DNA from: an uncultured Clostridia bacterium
Lineage (GTDB): Bacteria > Bacillota > Clostridia > TANB77 > CAG-508
Length of the DNA: 64,000 nucleotides
NCBI GenBank assembly: GCA_947628115.1
Contig: CANQYS010000001.1
Coordinates: 7,837 to 71,836, forward strand
Reading direction: 5' to 3'
Position 1 is the first letter of the stretch; the number at the start of each line of letters is the position of its first letter. Both the position numbers and the translations under genes were made by a program. Positions 27,802 to 38,828 of the stretch are shown here, piece by piece. The notes below the pieces were generated by a model. That model was not told the DNA's origin, made no database searches, and was given only the letters and a program-made list of their open reading frames with translations.

Positions 27802-28938
27802 ATGGTTAAGAGAGTTGCAATTATAACAAATGGTGGAGACTGTCCAGGGTTAAATGCTGTAATTCGTGCGATAGTTAAAACAGCAGAAACTCACGGGGTT
27901 GAGTGCTATGGATATATAGAGGGATATAAAGGACTTTTAGAAAACAATTATATAAAATTAGAATCAAATGGAAGTGCATCAGGGTTACTTCATAGAGGTG
28001 GAACAATAATTGGTGCATCAAATAGTACAAATTTATTTAACTATCCAGTAGAAGAAAATGGAGAAAAAGTATATAAAGATATGTCTTATAAAGCAGTAGA
28101 AAATGTAAGACAAGCGGGGTTTGATTGCTTATTTACATTGGGTGGAGATGGAACACAAAAATCTGCAAGAGATTTTTCATTAAGAGGATTAAATATAATA
28201 GGTGTTCCCAAAACAATAGATAATGATGTAGCACATTCAGAAATAACATTTGGATATAATACAGCTGTATCTGTTGCAACAGAGGCACTTGATAGATTGC
28301 ATTCAACTGCGGAATCACATCATAGAATAATGACATTAGAGGTTATGGGAAGATATGCAGGATGGATAGCATTAGAATCAGCAATAGCAGGAGGTGCTGA
28401 TGCAGCAATAATTCCAGAAATACCATATGATATAAATAAAATAGTAGAAAAAATAAATAGAAGAAAAGAAGAAGGAAAAAAATTTAGTATAATTGTAGTA
28501 TCAGAGGGGGCTAAACCAAAAGATGGAGAAATGATAATTAAAAAAACATTAAATGATGGAAAAGGGCTTGATAACATAAGACTTGGTGGAATAGGAGAAA
28601 AGCTTGCAAGAGATTTAGAAGAATTAACAGGAATGGTTTCAAGAAACACAGTTCTTGGATATGTACAAAGAGGTGGAACTCCAACTCCATTTGATAGAGT
28701 GCTATCTACAAAATATGGTTCTAAAGCAATGGAACTTGCATTAGAAGAAAAATTTAATGTATTAGTAACGCTGAAAAATGGAAAATTAGATTATGTGCCA
28801 TTAGAAGATGTAGTAGGAGATAATAAAGAAATAGGCGCACGTTCTGGAGGAACAGAAAGTACAAACATAAAAAGAGTAACAATGGATGATGATTTGGTAA
28901 AAGTTGCAAGAGATTTAGACATTTGTTTAGGAGATTAA
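27802..28938 (+). CDS. pfkA: 6-phosphofructokinase
   Basis: RVAIITNGGDCPGLNAVIR, GGDGT, PKTIDND and MGR.AGW motifs. Confidence 0.9.
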   Translation: MVKRVAIITNGGDCPGLNAVIRAIVKTAETHGVECYGYIEGYKGLLENNYIKLESNGSASGLLHRGGTIIGASNSTNLFNYPVEENGEKVYKDMSYKAVENVRQAGFDCLFTLGGDGTQKSARDFSLRGLNIIGVPKTIDNDVAHSEITFGYNTAVSVATEALDRLHSTAESHHRIMTLEVMGRYAGWIALESAIAGGADAAIIPEIPYDINKIVEKINRRKEEGKKFSIIVVSEGAKPKDGEMIIKKTLNDGKGLDNIRLGGIGEKLARDLEELTGMVSRNTVLGYVQRGGTPTPFDRVLSTKYGSKAMELALEEKFNVLVTLKNGKLDYVPLEDVVGDNKEIGARSGGTESTNIKRVTMDDDLVKVARDLDICLGD

Positions 28939-28955
28939 AAATGAAAGGAGAATTT

Positions 28956-30665
28956 ATGGTAGACTTTAAAAAAGAAATTGCAAAATCAATTTCGAAAGTA
29001 ACTAATTTAGATGAAAAAGAGTTAAAAAATTATATAGAAATACCACCAAATAGTGACTTAGGAGATTATGCCTTTCCATGTTTTAAACTTGCAAAGGATT
29101 TAAAAAAAGCACCACCAATAATTGCAAACGATATAAAAGAAAATATTCAGATAGATACAAATATTATTGAAAGAATTGATGTGGTTGGGGGATATTTAAA
29201 TATATTTATTAATAAAAAAACTTTAGTGAAATCTGTTTTAGAAAATGTAGCAAAAAATAAAGAAAAATATGGTTCATCTAATTTGGGAAATAATAAAAAT
29301 GTCGTAATAGAATATTCATCTCCTAATATAGCCAAACCTTTTCATATAGGACATTTACGTACTACAGTAATAGGAGGCGCTTTATATAAAATATATAATT
29401 TCCTAGGATATAATACCATTGGAATAAACTATTTGGGGGATTGGGGACTTCAATTTGGAAAAGTGATGGCAGGTATTTCATTGTGGAAAGATGAATATGA
29501 TTTTAAGAATAACGAAATGGGTAGTATATTAAAAACGTATATAAGATTTAATAAAGAGGAAAAAGAAAAACCAGAACTTACAGAAATGGCAAGAGACTAT
29601 TTTAAAAAATTAGAAAAAGGTGAACCAGAAATTGTAAGACAATGGGAACATATAAGAAATATAAGTATAGATAATTATCAAAAAACATATAAACTATTAA
29701 ATTCAAAATTTGATTCATACAATGGTGAGGCATATTATAATGATAAAATGGAGGATATAATTGAAGAATTACAAAATAAAGGATTGCTAAGAGAGTCTCA
29801 AGGCGCAAAAATAGTAGACTTAGAGGAGTACGATATGCCACCTTGTATAGTTGTTACATCTGCAGGGACAACAATTTATGCAACAAGAGATTTAGCAGCA
29901 CTTAAAGAAAGGATAAATAAATATAATTTTGATAAATTAATTTATGTTGTTGGTAGTGAGCAACAATTACATTTTAAGCAGGTCTTTAAAGTAATGGAAT
30001 TAATGGGATATGGAGAATATATTAAAAAATGTGTTCATGTTCCTTTTGGGCTTGTAGTAGACAAAGATGGAGAAAAAATAGGCTCTAGAAAAGGTAATTC
30101 TGTGTTTTTAGAAGATATATTAAATGAGGCAATAGATAAAGTAAAAAATATAATAAACGAAAAGAATCCCGAACTTGAAGATAAGGATGATATAGCAAAA
30201 AAAGTTGGAGTAGGGGCAATAATATTTAATGACTTGTCAAACAGCAGAATAAAGGATGAAATATTTGATTGGGATATGCTTTTAAATTTTCAAGGAGAAA
30301 CTGGTCCATATATACAATATATTTACGTAAGAACAAAAAGTTTACTTTCAAAAGCGGGATATATTCCAAAAATAGATGAAATAGATTATAGTGTGTTAAA
30401 TGAAATAGAAGCAATAAATACTATAAAACTTTTATATCAGTTTAACGAAGTTATACAAAATGCAGCAGATAAAAATGAGCCATCAATTCTTGCAAGATAT
30501 TTAATAGATTTAAGTCAAAACTTTAGTACATTTTATAATCAACATAAAATAATAACAGAAGAGAAAAATATACAAAATTCAAGATTATTTTTAACTTATG
30601 CTGTTGGAATAGTTTTAAAAACAGGAGTAGAGTTGTTAGGTATGGAGATGCCGGAAAAAATGTAA
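28956..30665 (+). CDS. argS: arginine--tRNA ligase
   Basis: SSPNIAKPFHIGHLR (HIGH motif) and a C-terminal DALR anticodon-binding region. The ATG at 28956 is preferred because RBS AAAGGAG lies upstream. Confidence 0.9.
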   Translation: MVDFKKEIAKSISKVTNLDEKELKNYIEIPPNSDLGDYAFPCFKLAKDLKKAPPIIANDIKENIQIDTNIIERIDVVGGYLNIFINKKTLVKSVLENVAKNKEKYGSSNLGNNKNVVIEYSSPNIAKPFHIGHLRTTVIGGALYKIYNFLGYNTIGINYLGDWGLQFGKVMAGISLWKDEYDFKNNEMGSILKTYIRFNKEEKEKPELTEMARDYFKKLEKGEPEIVRQWEHIRNISIDNYQKTYKLLNSKFDSYNGEAYYNDKMEDIIEELQNKGLLRESQGAKIVDLEEYDMPPCIVVTSAGTTIYATRDLAALKERINKYNFDKLIYVVGSEQQLHFKQVFKVMELMGYGEYIKKCVHVPFGLVVDKDGEKIGSRKGNSVFLEDILNEAIDKVKNIINEKNPELEDKDDIAKKVGVGAIIFNDLSNSRIKDEIFDWDMLLNFQGETGPYIQYIYVRTKSLLSKAGYIPKIDEIDYSVLNEIEAINTIKLLYQFNEVIQNAADKNEPSILARYLIDLSQNFSTFYNQHKIITEEKNIQNSRLFLTYAVGIVLKTGVELLGMEMPEKM

Positions 30666-30677
30666 GGAGGAAAAATT

Positions 30678-31304
30678 ATGAAAGCAATCGAACTAAAACA
30701 TCCATTGGTTGAACATAAATTAGCCATATTAAGAGATAAAAAAACAGGTACAAAAGAATTTAGAGAAATTATATCAGAACTTGCAACAATACTATGTTAC
30801 GAAGCAATGAAAGATGCAAAAATGCAAAAAGCAGAAATTGAAACACCAATACAAAAAATGACGACAAGAAAAATTGATGAAGATAATTATGCGTTTGTTC
30901 CAATTTTAAGAGCAGGAACAGGAATGTTAGATGGAATTATAAGTGTAGTTCCAAATGCAAAAATAGGACATATTGGTATGTATAGAGATGAAGAAACGTT
31001 TAAACCAACAGTATATTTTTTCAAAGTTCCTAAAGATATTGATAAAAGAGAGGTATTAATATTAGATCCAATGCTCGCAACAGGAGGATCTGGATTAGAT
31101 GCAATAGATTTATTAAAACAAAAAGGTGTTAAAAAAATAAAATTTTTATGTATAATTGCTGCGCCAGAGGGAATAAAAGCTATAGAAGAAAAACATCCAG
31201 ATGTACAGATATATACTGCATCAATAGATGAAAAATTAAATGAGAAAGCTTATATAGTGCCAGGACTTGGAGATGCAGGAGATAGAATATTTGGAACAAA
31301 ATAA
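30678..31304 (+). CDS. upp: uracil phosphoribosyltransferase
   Basis: HPLVEHKL..LRDK.T, PILRAG, the PRPP loop LDPMLATGGS and YIVPGLGDAGDR. Confidence 0.95.
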   Translation: MKAIELKHPLVEHKLAILRDKKTGTKEFREIISELATILCYEAMKDAKMQKAEIETPIQKMTTRKIDEDNYAFVPILRAGTGMLDGIISVVPNAKIGHIGMYRDEETFKPTVYFFKVPKDIDKREVLILDPMLATGGSGLDAIDLLKQKGVKKIKFLCIIAAPEGIKAIEEKHPDVQIYTASIDEKLNEKAYIVPGLGDAGDRIFGTK

Positions 31305-31332
31305 AATGTCTTTAAAAGGACATTTTATTTTG
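31303..31332 (+). terminator. rho-independent terminator after upp
   Basis: AAAATGTC/GACATTTT hairpin followed by a T-rich tail. Confidence 0.55.
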
Positions 31333-31431
31333 TTATAGACTAAAAAGGAACAATTCTATATTGACAAATTGCTTACAAGAGAGGTATAATTAATTGTTAT
31401 TATAAGTATTTAAATAAAGGAGTTTTAAATA

Positions 31432-33241
31432 ATGAGCAATAAAAATATTAGAAATGTAGCAATTATAGCGCACGTTGATCACGGAAAAACAACTCTAGTT
31501 GATGCGCTTTTAAGACAAAGTGGCACTTTTAGAGAAAACGAACAAGTACAAGAAAGGGTAATGGATTCTAATGACCTAGAAAAAGAAAGAGGAATCACAA
31601 TTTTAGCTAAAAATACATCTGTAATGTATAATGATATAAAAATAAATATAGTAGATACACCAGGACATGCCGATTTTGGAGGAGAAGTAGAAAGGGTACT
31701 TAAAATGGTAGATGGAGTACTTTTATTAGTTGATGCATTTGAAGGTGCTATGCCTCAAACTAGAGAAGTTCTAAAAAAATCTTTAGCTTTAAATTTAAAA
31801 CCAATAGTAGTTATAAATAAAATAGATAGGCCAGGTTCTAGACCTTTAAAGGTTGTAGATGAAGTTTTAGAACTATTTATAGAACTAGGTGCAAATGACG
31901 AACAATTAGATTTTCCAGTTATATATGCCTCTGCAAAACAAGGAATTGCAAAAATGGATTTAAACGAAGAATCTACAAATATGAAATGTGTATTTGAAAC
32001 AATAATAAATACAATAGAACCTCCAAGATGTGATGAAAATGGTACAATGCAAATGCTTGTTTCTAATATAGATTATGATGAATATGTTGGAAGAATTGCT
32101 GTGGGAAGAGTAGAACGTGGAATTATAAAAGAGGGAATGCCTGTAGTAGTATGCAAAGCTGATAAACAAGAAAATTCTAAAATAGCAAAAGTATCTACAT
32201 ATATGGGGCTAAAAAAAGTAGAAGTTGAAGAAGCTAAGGCTGGGGATATTGTAGAAATATCAGGGATAACAAACATTAATATTGGAGAAACAATTTGTGA
32301 TGTAAATAATCCAGAAAAAATTGACTTTGTAGATATAGATGAACCAACTGTTACAATGACATTTTCAGTAAATAATGGGCCTTTTGCAGGAAGAGAAGGA
32401 GAATTTGTAACTTCAAGACATATAAGAGACAGATTATTTAAAGAATTAGAAAGAAATGTATCTTTAAGAGTAAAAGAAACAGATACCCCAGATTCATATG
32501 AGGTAGCTGGACGCCGGAGAATTACATTTATCGGTGCTTATAGAAACAATGAGAAGAGAAGGATTTGAACTTTTAGTATCTAGACCTAAAGTTATTATTA
32601 AGGAAATAAATGGAGAAAAATGTGAACCAATAGAAAGATTAGTTGTAAATGTGCCAGATGATTGTATTGGTAATGTTATAGAAAAATTAGGAAAGAGAAA
32701 AGCAGAAATGATAAATATGGAACCAGCAGAAGATGGACATACGAAAATAGAATTTAAAATTCCAGCAAGAGGTTTAATAGGGTATAGAACAGAATTTTTA
32801 ACAGATACTAAAGGGGAAGGAACTATGAACCATATATTTGATTCATACGAACCTTATAAAGGAGATGTAGTATCTAGAACAAGAGGAACAATAGTTGCAT
32901 TTGAGGCAGGAAAAGCAATAACATATGGATTATACAATGCACAAGATAAAGGAGATTTATTTATTGGACCTGGAACAGAAGTATATGAAGGAATGATAGT
33001 AGGTTTAAATTCTAGAGGTGAAGATTTAGCAGTAAATGTATGTAAAGAAAAACATTTAACAAATACAAGAGCATCTGGTTCAGATGATGCACTAAGACTA
33101 GTTCCACCAATACAAATGAGCTTAGAAAAAGCAATCGAATTTATACAAGATGATGAATTAGTAGAAGTAACACCAAAAAGTATTAGATTGAGAAAAAAGA
33201 TATTGAATAATAAAGAAAGAGAAAGAGCCGCAAGAAGATAA
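31432..33241 (+). CDS. typA: translational GTPase TypA/BipA; full length requires a +1 shift at CGG 32515
   Basis: IRNVAIIAHVDHGKTTLVD and DTPGHADFGGEVER. The conserved [22 protein letters not shown] is only obtained by skipping C32515. Confidence 0.9.
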
Positions 33242-33261
33242 AAAACTAGGGGGATTAAAAT

Positions 33262-33645
33262 ATGGGTTATTATAAAAAAAATAATTATGCCTTTAATAAA
33301 AGTGGGTTCTATAGGGCAGGAAGGATAACATCTAGTATAAATGTACCAATAAAAGCAGAAGATCCATCTAAAAATGATAGAGAGAATAGGAATAATGTTT
33401 TAAAAAGTATTGAAGAATATATTAGTAAAGGAAAAACGTTAGATGAAGCATTAGAAATTTTATCTTCAGATGAAGTGATAAAAAAACAATTTGAATATCT
33501 AAAAAGAAATGGATTAGACTTAAGAAATACATTTAAGTCATGGTATGAATCGTATAAAAAAAGCTTGAAAAAGCCGATTAATTGGTATACAGGTGGAGGG
33601 AAAAATTTTAATTTAGAAGAAGTTGATAATAATGAGTATAGATAA
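33262..33645 (+). CDS. hypothetical protein
   Basis: 127-aa ORF with RBS GGGGGA. No recognisable motif. Confidence 0.4.
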   Translation: MGYYKKNNYAFNKSGFYRAGRITSSINVPIKAEDPSKNDRENRNNVLKSIEEYISKGKTLDEALEILSSDEVIKKQFEYLKRNGLDLRNTFKSWYESYKKSLKKPINWYTGGGKNFNLEEVDNNEYR

Positions 33646-34213
33646 TATTAAGCAGAATGCTATAAACAAACGTATTCCAATATTAATGGAAGATACATTA
33701 GAAGTAACAAAAAATATATTATTGCAAGTAAAACCTAAAAAAATATTAGAAATAGGAACTGCAACAGGATATTCAGCAATAAATTTTTCTAGTATACTAA
33801 ACAATAACGTATATATAGATACTATTGAATTAGATGAAACAAGAGCAAATGAAGCAATAGAAAATATAAATAATATGAAATTAGAAAAATATATAAATGT
33901 AATTAAAGGAAATGCTGTAGAAATATTACCAACATTAGATGAAAGCTATGATTTAATATTTATAGATGCAGCAAAAGGTAAATATCCAATTTTCCTAAAA
34001 GAAGCAATAAGATTATCTCATAAAGGAAGTATAATTTTAGCTGATAATGTTTTATATAAAGGATATGTTATGAGTAATTACAATAAACACAAGCAAAGAA
34101 CAGCAGTAACACATTTAAGAGAATATATAAAAGAAATAACAGAAAATCCAAATTTAGAAACTAAAATTTTAGAAGTTGGAGATGGATTGGCAATAAGTAA
34201 AGTTTTAAATTGA
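33632..34213 (+). CDS. class I SAM-dependent O-methyltransferase (YrrM/TrmR-like)
   Basis: SAM-binding ILEIGTATGYS and FIDAAKG motifs. Followed by a U32 peptidase, as in the yrrMNO arrangement. Confidence 0.7.
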   Translation: MSIDNIKQNAINKRIPILMEDTLEVTKNILLQVKPKKILEIGTATGYSAINFSSILNNNVYIDTIELDETRANEAIENINNMKLEKYINVIKGNAVEILPTLDESYDLIFIDAAKGKYPIFLKEAIRLSHKGSIILADNVLYKGYVMSNYNKHKQRTAVTHLREYIKEITENPNLETKILEVGDGLAISKVLN

Positions 34214-34345
34214 CTTTTTAACTAAAAAGAGCTATAATAAATATACGCTGGTAATATACTAGCAATGACACTAAGAATATTAGGTGTGAGCAATAGTTCG
34301 TGCTATATAAACTTAGTGTTTATATTTTTAGAAAGGAGGGTGGAA

Positions 34346-34528
34346 ATGAACCCTTCTAAAGAATCTTCCTATCCATATGGGGTATGGATGGAAGGTAACC
34401 ATATTATCATTCTAACAAGAATGATAGATGACCCCAAAATAAAAAAACTCATAGCTGAATATAATATTGAAAGAAAATGGCGCAGCTGTGGTGGGGTAGT
34501 TACTTGCTTTAAAATTAAAGAAGAGTAG
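34346..34528 (+). CDS. small hypothetical protein (60 aa)
   Basis: An ATG after the strong RBS AAGGAGGG. The longer track ORF starting at 34265 lacks an RBS. Confidence 0.3.
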   Translation: MNPSKESSYPYGVWMEGNHIIILTRMIDDPKIKKLIAEYNIERKWRSCGGVVTCFKIKEE

Positions 34529-34617
34529 TAACTATCCTAAAGAGGGTGAACTGTATTAAAGATATAGTTTACTCTCTGATTTTATATTGTTTTGTATAAA
34601 AAATTAGGAGGTATAGA

Positions 34618-35868
34618 GTGAATAGGCCAGAATTATTAGCACCTGCAGGCTCTTATGAAAAAGCAAAAACGGCTTTTTTATATGGCGCAGATGCCGTATA
34701 TATGGGAAGCGCAAAACTTTCTTTGCGTTCTAGAGTAAATGTAGATAATAGTGATTTAATAAAAACTATAGAATATGCACATACTGTTAATAAAAAAGTA
34801 TACGTTGCTTTAAATATATATGCAAGAGATAATATGTATAATGAAATAGAAAATCAGATAAAAGATTTAGCAAAAACAAAAGTAGATGGTCTAATTATTT
34901 CAGATGGAGGAATATTAGAATTAGCAAAAAAAATAGCACCTGAAATACCATTGCATATAAGCACACAGGCAAATGTTACAAGTTATCATACAAGTATGTT
35001 TTGGAAAAAAAATGGAGCAAAAAGAATAATACTTGCAAGAGAATTAGATAAATATGAAATAAAAACAATAAAAGAAAATACAGATTTAGAGATAGAAATG
35101 TTTGTACATGGTGCAATATGTTATAGTTACTCTGGAAGATGCCATTTAAGCGATTTTTTGGCTTCAAGATGTGGAAATTTAGGAGATTGTGCACAAAGTT
35201 GTAGATGGGCATACAATTTATATTTAGAAGAAAAAAATAATCCAGGAAATCTTATGCCAGTTGAAGAAGATAATAATGGTACATATATACTTTCTTCTAA
35301 GGATTTGTGTTTAATAAAAGAATTACCAGAAATAATAGATATGGGAATAGATAGCCTAAAAATAGAGGGAAGGCTAAAAACAGAATATTATTTAGCAACA
35401 GTAATAAATACATATAGAAATGCAATAGATGACTATATTAATAATCCTACAAAATACGATTATACAAAATATATGAATGAATTAGAAAAAACTAAAACGA
35501 GAGGTTTAACAACATTCTTTTTTAATGATAAAAATAACAAAGACTTTCAAGAATACGAAGGAAAACAGTATAATCCAAATTATGAATTTGGTGGAAAAAT
35601 AATAGGAAAAGAAATAAGACTAAGTAATAAAGAAATTAATAATAGTTTTTATATAATAGAAATTCGTAATAGACTACAATTAGAAGATACGCTAGAATTA
35701 TTAATTCCAAATAAATTAGAACCTAAAATATTTACAATAAAAAAAATGTGTGATAGTGATACATTAGAAGAAATAAAATACGTAAATCCTGGCAAAGAAG
35801 GTCAAAGAGTAATTTTGGAAATACCATATATAGCGGAAGATGGATTGATTTTAAGAAGAAAAAAATAA
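34618..35868 (+). CDS. U32-family peptidase (TrhP/YrrO-like, tRNA ho5U pathway)
   Basis: PELLAPAG..E...A...GADAVY and E.FVHGA.C.SYSGRC motifs. Confidence 0.85.
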   Translation: MNRPELLAPAGSYEKAKTAFLYGADAVYMGSAKLSLRSRVNVDNSDLIKTIEYAHTVNKKVYVALNIYARDNMYNEIENQIKDLAKTKVDGLIISDGGILELAKKIAPEIPLHISTQANVTSYHTSMFWKKNGAKRIILARELDKYEIKTIKENTDLEIEMFVHGAICYSYSGRCHLSDFLASRCGNLGDCAQSCRWAYNLYLEEKNNPGNLMPVEEDNNGTYILSSKDLCLIKELPEIIDMGIDSLKIEGRLKTEYYLATVINTYRNAIDDYINNPTKYDYTKYMNELEKTKTRGLTTFFFNDKNNKDFQEYEGKQYNPNYEFGGKIIGKEIRLSNKEINNSFYIIEIRNRLQLEDTLELLIPNKLEPKIFTIKKMCDSDTLEEIKYVNPGKEGQRVILEIPYIAEDGLILRRKK

Positions 35869-35881
35869 TTAAAGAAAGTGA

Positions 35882-36565
35882 GTGATAGCTATTAAAAGAA
35901 CAAAATTATGTGATAGAATTTTACCAACATATACAAAGGGTGAAGAAATTTTTAATATGACATCACATATTATAGGCGCTGTATTTGGTATAGCAGTTAC
36001 AGTACTTTGCATTATAATGTCAGCAGTGCATAAAAATGTATATGGAATTGTTAGTAGTAGTATATATGGTGCTACTATGATAATATTATATACTTTGTCT
36101 AGTATATATCATGGATTATCTCCTAGAGTAATGGGAAAAAAAGTAATGCAAATATTAGATCATTGTACTATATTTTTATTAATAGCAGGATCATATACAC
36201 CATTTGCTCTTTGTACTTTTAGAAGTTATAGCCCAATAATTGGATGGACAATGTTTGGCTTAATTTGGGGAGCAACAGTACTAGGAATAGTTTTAAATGC
36301 AATAGATTTGGAAAGATACAAAAAATTTTCTATGATTTGTTATATACTTATGGGATGGGCTATAATTTTTAGGGCTGATTTATTGCCAAAATTGCTAGAT
36401 ATAAATGGATTAATTTTATTAGTTTCTGGTGGAGTTGCATATACGTTAGGAGCTGTGTTTTATGGAATAGGAAAAAAACATAAATATATGCATTCTGTAT
36501 TTCATTTATTTATATTATTAGGAAGTGTTTTACAGTTTTTTTGCATATTATTTTATGTTTTATGA
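35882..36565 (+). CDS. hemolysin III / PAQR-family membrane protein
   Basis: 7 TM helices, with the SS.YH and H.F..LGS.. signatures. Confidence 0.8.
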   Translation: MIAIKRTKLCDRILPTYTKGEEIFNMTSHIIGAVFGIAVTVLCIIMSAVHKNVYGIVSSSIYGATMIILYTLSSIYHGLSPRVMGKKVMQILDHCTIFLLIAGSYTPFALCTFRSYSPIIGWTMFGLIWGATVLGIVLNAIDLERYKKFSMICYILMGWAIIFRADLLPKLLDINGLILLVSGGVAYTLGAVFYGIGKKHKYMHSVFHLFILLGSVLQFFCILFYVL

Positions 36566-36744
36566 GAAGAGCATGTGGAAGCGAGGAAAAAATTTATTTC
36601 GAAGAAATGTGATTTTTTTCCTCTGTCCTAGAGACTTTGAGGATGTTTGCAATAAATTTGTTTGACCTACAATATATTTTAAACAATATATTGTGTTTTT
36701 TTATGTTTAAATATATAATTAAAAGAAAAATAAGGAGCGGAAAA

Positions 36745-37752
36745 ATGGACGAAACAGAGAATCTATTAATTCCAAATATACAAGATGAAACCGAAGAAAT
36801 TACAGAAGTTTCATTAAGGCCCAAAACGCTAAGAGAATATATTGGACAAACTAAAGTAAAAGAAAATATGAAAATATATATAGAGGCAGCTAAAAAAAGA
36901 AATGAACCGTTAGACCATATTTTATTATATGGACCTCCAGGACTTGGAAAAACAACACTTGCAAGTATTATTTCTAATGAAATGAATACAAATATACGAA
37001 TAACTTCAGGACCTGCAATAGAAAAACCAGGAGATTTAGCTGCACTTTTAACAAATCTTTCTCCAAATGATGTTTTATTTATTGATGAAATACATAGACT
37101 AAATAGAAGCGTAGAAGAAATTTTATATCCTGCTTTGGAAGATTATAATTTGGACATAATAATTGGAAAGGGACCAAGTGCAAGATCTATTAGATTGGAT
37201 TTACCTAAATTTACATTAATAGGTGCAACTACGAGGGCTGGTTCTCTTACAACTCCTTTAAGGGATAGATTTGGAATAGTACATAGATTAGAACTTTATA
37301 ATGTTGAAGAATTAGATACTATTGTAAAAAGATCATCTGAAATTTTAGGTGTAAATATAGACCAAAAGGGTTCGGTAGAAATTGCAAGACGTTCAAGAGG
37401 TACACCTAGAATTGCAAACAGATTGTTAAAAAGAGTAAGAGATTATGCTGCAGTTTTAGGTAATGGAACTATAACAGAAGAGATTGCAAAAATTGCCTTA
37501 GAGAAATTAGAAATAGATGATTTAGGACTAGATAATATAGATAGAAAAATATTAAAAACTATAATACTAAACTATTCTGGAGGACCAGTAGGAATAGAAA
37601 CACTTAGTTCTACAATAGGAGAGGAAGTAGAAACAATAGAAGATGTTTATGAACCATATTTAATGCAAATGGGATTTATAGCAAGAACACCCAGAGGAAG
37701 AATTGCAACACCAAATGCATATAAACATTTAGGATTAGAGATGGGAGAATAA
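36745..37752 (+). CDS. ruvB: Holliday junction branch migration ATPase RuvB
   Basis: LRPK.L.EYIGQ, Walker [10 protein letters not shown] and DEIHRL. The ATG at 36745 follows RBS AAGGAG. The longer ORF starting at 36637 is rejected. Confidence 0.95.
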   Translation: MDETENLLIPNIQDETEEITEVSLRPKTLREYIGQTKVKENMKIYIEAAKKRNEPLDHILLYGPPGLGKTTLASIISNEMNTNIRITSGPAIEKPGDLAALLTNLSPNDVLFIDEIHRLNRSVEEILYPALEDYNLDIIIGKGPSARSIRLDLPKFTLIGATTRAGSLTTPLRDRFGIVHRLELYNVEELDTIVKRSSEILGVNIDQKGSVEIARRSRGTPRIANRLLKRVRDYAAVLGNGTITEEIAKIALEKLEIDDLGLDNIDRKILKTIILNYSGGPVGIETLSSTIGEEVETIEDVYEPYLMQMGFIARTPRGRIATPNAYKHLGLEMGE

Positions 37753-37754
37753 AA

Positions 37755-38792
37755 ATGAAATTATTATTACATACATGTTGTGCACCATGCAGTGTATATT
37801 GCATAGAAACTTTAAGAAATGAAGAAATAGAACCTACCGTATATTGGTATAATCCGAATATACATCCATACAAAGAATACGAAGCAAGAAGAGATTGCCT
37901 AAAAGAATATACAAAATCAATAGGAGTACAAGCCATTTTTGAAGATAATTATGGACTAAAAGAATTTTGCAAAAATGTAATTAGTGATTTAGAAAATAGA
38001 TGTGTAAATTATTGTTATAAAGTAAGACTAGAACAAACAGCAAAATATGCAAAAGAAAATGGATATGATAGTTTTTCCACAACACTTCTTGTAAGCCCAT
38101 ACCAAAATCATGATGCATTAAAAAAATTAGGAGAGAAACTTGCTAAAAAATATGGAATAGAGTTTGTTTATAGAGATTTTAGAGTAGGTTTTAGAGAAGG
38201 ACAAAGAAAAGCAAGAGAACTAGGCTTGTATATGCAAAAATACTGTGGATGCATATTTTCAGAACAACAAATATTTATAACCCACACAAATACAAAGCCA
38301 AATTTACCAGAGGGATTCGAGTTTTTACCAGTTAAAAGAAACATTATGATTAATAAAGAAAAAAATGATAAAAAGCAATATATAAGTTTATTGCTTGAAG
38401 CAGATCCAAGCGAAAAGATGGTAGAGAAATATTTAAAAGACGGAGATTTATTTGTTTTAAAATATAAAGATGATACAGCGTGCATAGCAGTAGTAACAAA
38501 ATTAGATAATGATACAGTAGAATTAAAAAATATAGTAACAAAAGAAGAATTTAGAGGAAAAGGATATGCAAAAAAAATGATAAAATATCTAGCTGATAAT
38601 TATAAGCAAAGATATAAAAAAATGTTAGTTGGAACAACAGAAAATAATATACCATTCTATGTAAAACAGGGATTTGATAAATATGAAAAGACAATTAAGA
38701 ATTTTTTTATAGATAATTATGAAAAAGAAATATGGGATGGAGATTTACATTGCACAGATATGTATTATTATTCTAAAAATTTAAAGAAATAA
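37755..38792 (+). CDS. queH: epoxyqueuosine reductase QueH fused to a C-terminal GNAT acetyltransferase domain
   Basis: The N-terminal LLHTCCAPCS...YWYNPNIHPY..Y and GCIFSE are DUF208/QueH cysteines. The C-terminus carries the GNAT motif FRGKGYAKKMI. Confidence 0.8.
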   Translation: MKLLLHTCCAPCSVYCIETLRNEEIEPTVYWYNPNIHPYKEYEARRDCLKEYTKSIGVQAIFEDNYGLKEFCKNVISDLENRCVNYCYKVRLEQTAKYAKENGYDSFSTTLLVSPYQNHDALKKLGEKLAKKYGIEFVYRDFRVGFREGQRKARELGLYMQKYCGCIFSEQQIFITHTNTKPNLPEGFEFLPVKRNIMINKEKNDKKQYISLLLEADPSEKMVEKYLKDGDLFVLKYKDDTACIAVVTKLDNDTVELKNIVTKEEFRGKGYAKKMIKYLADNYKQRYKKMLVGTTENNIPFYVKQGFDKYEKTIKNFFIDNYEKEIWDGDLHCTDMYYYSKNLKK

Positions 38793-38828
38793 ATGTAATA
38801 AAAAATCTTATGGTAAGGAGTAAAATAT

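Noticed and set aside
34214-34345. The non-coding leader before the small ORF and U32 peptidase as a riboswitch or T-box.
   Set aside because: No specifier, T-box or known riboswitch motifs could be recognised by eye, so it is left unannotated.
36637-36744. The N-terminal extension of ruvB suggested by the ORF track.
   Set aside because: The ATG at 36745 has a canonical AAGGAG RBS and gives the usual RuvB N-terminus. The extension has no homology and would begin upstream of the likely promoter.
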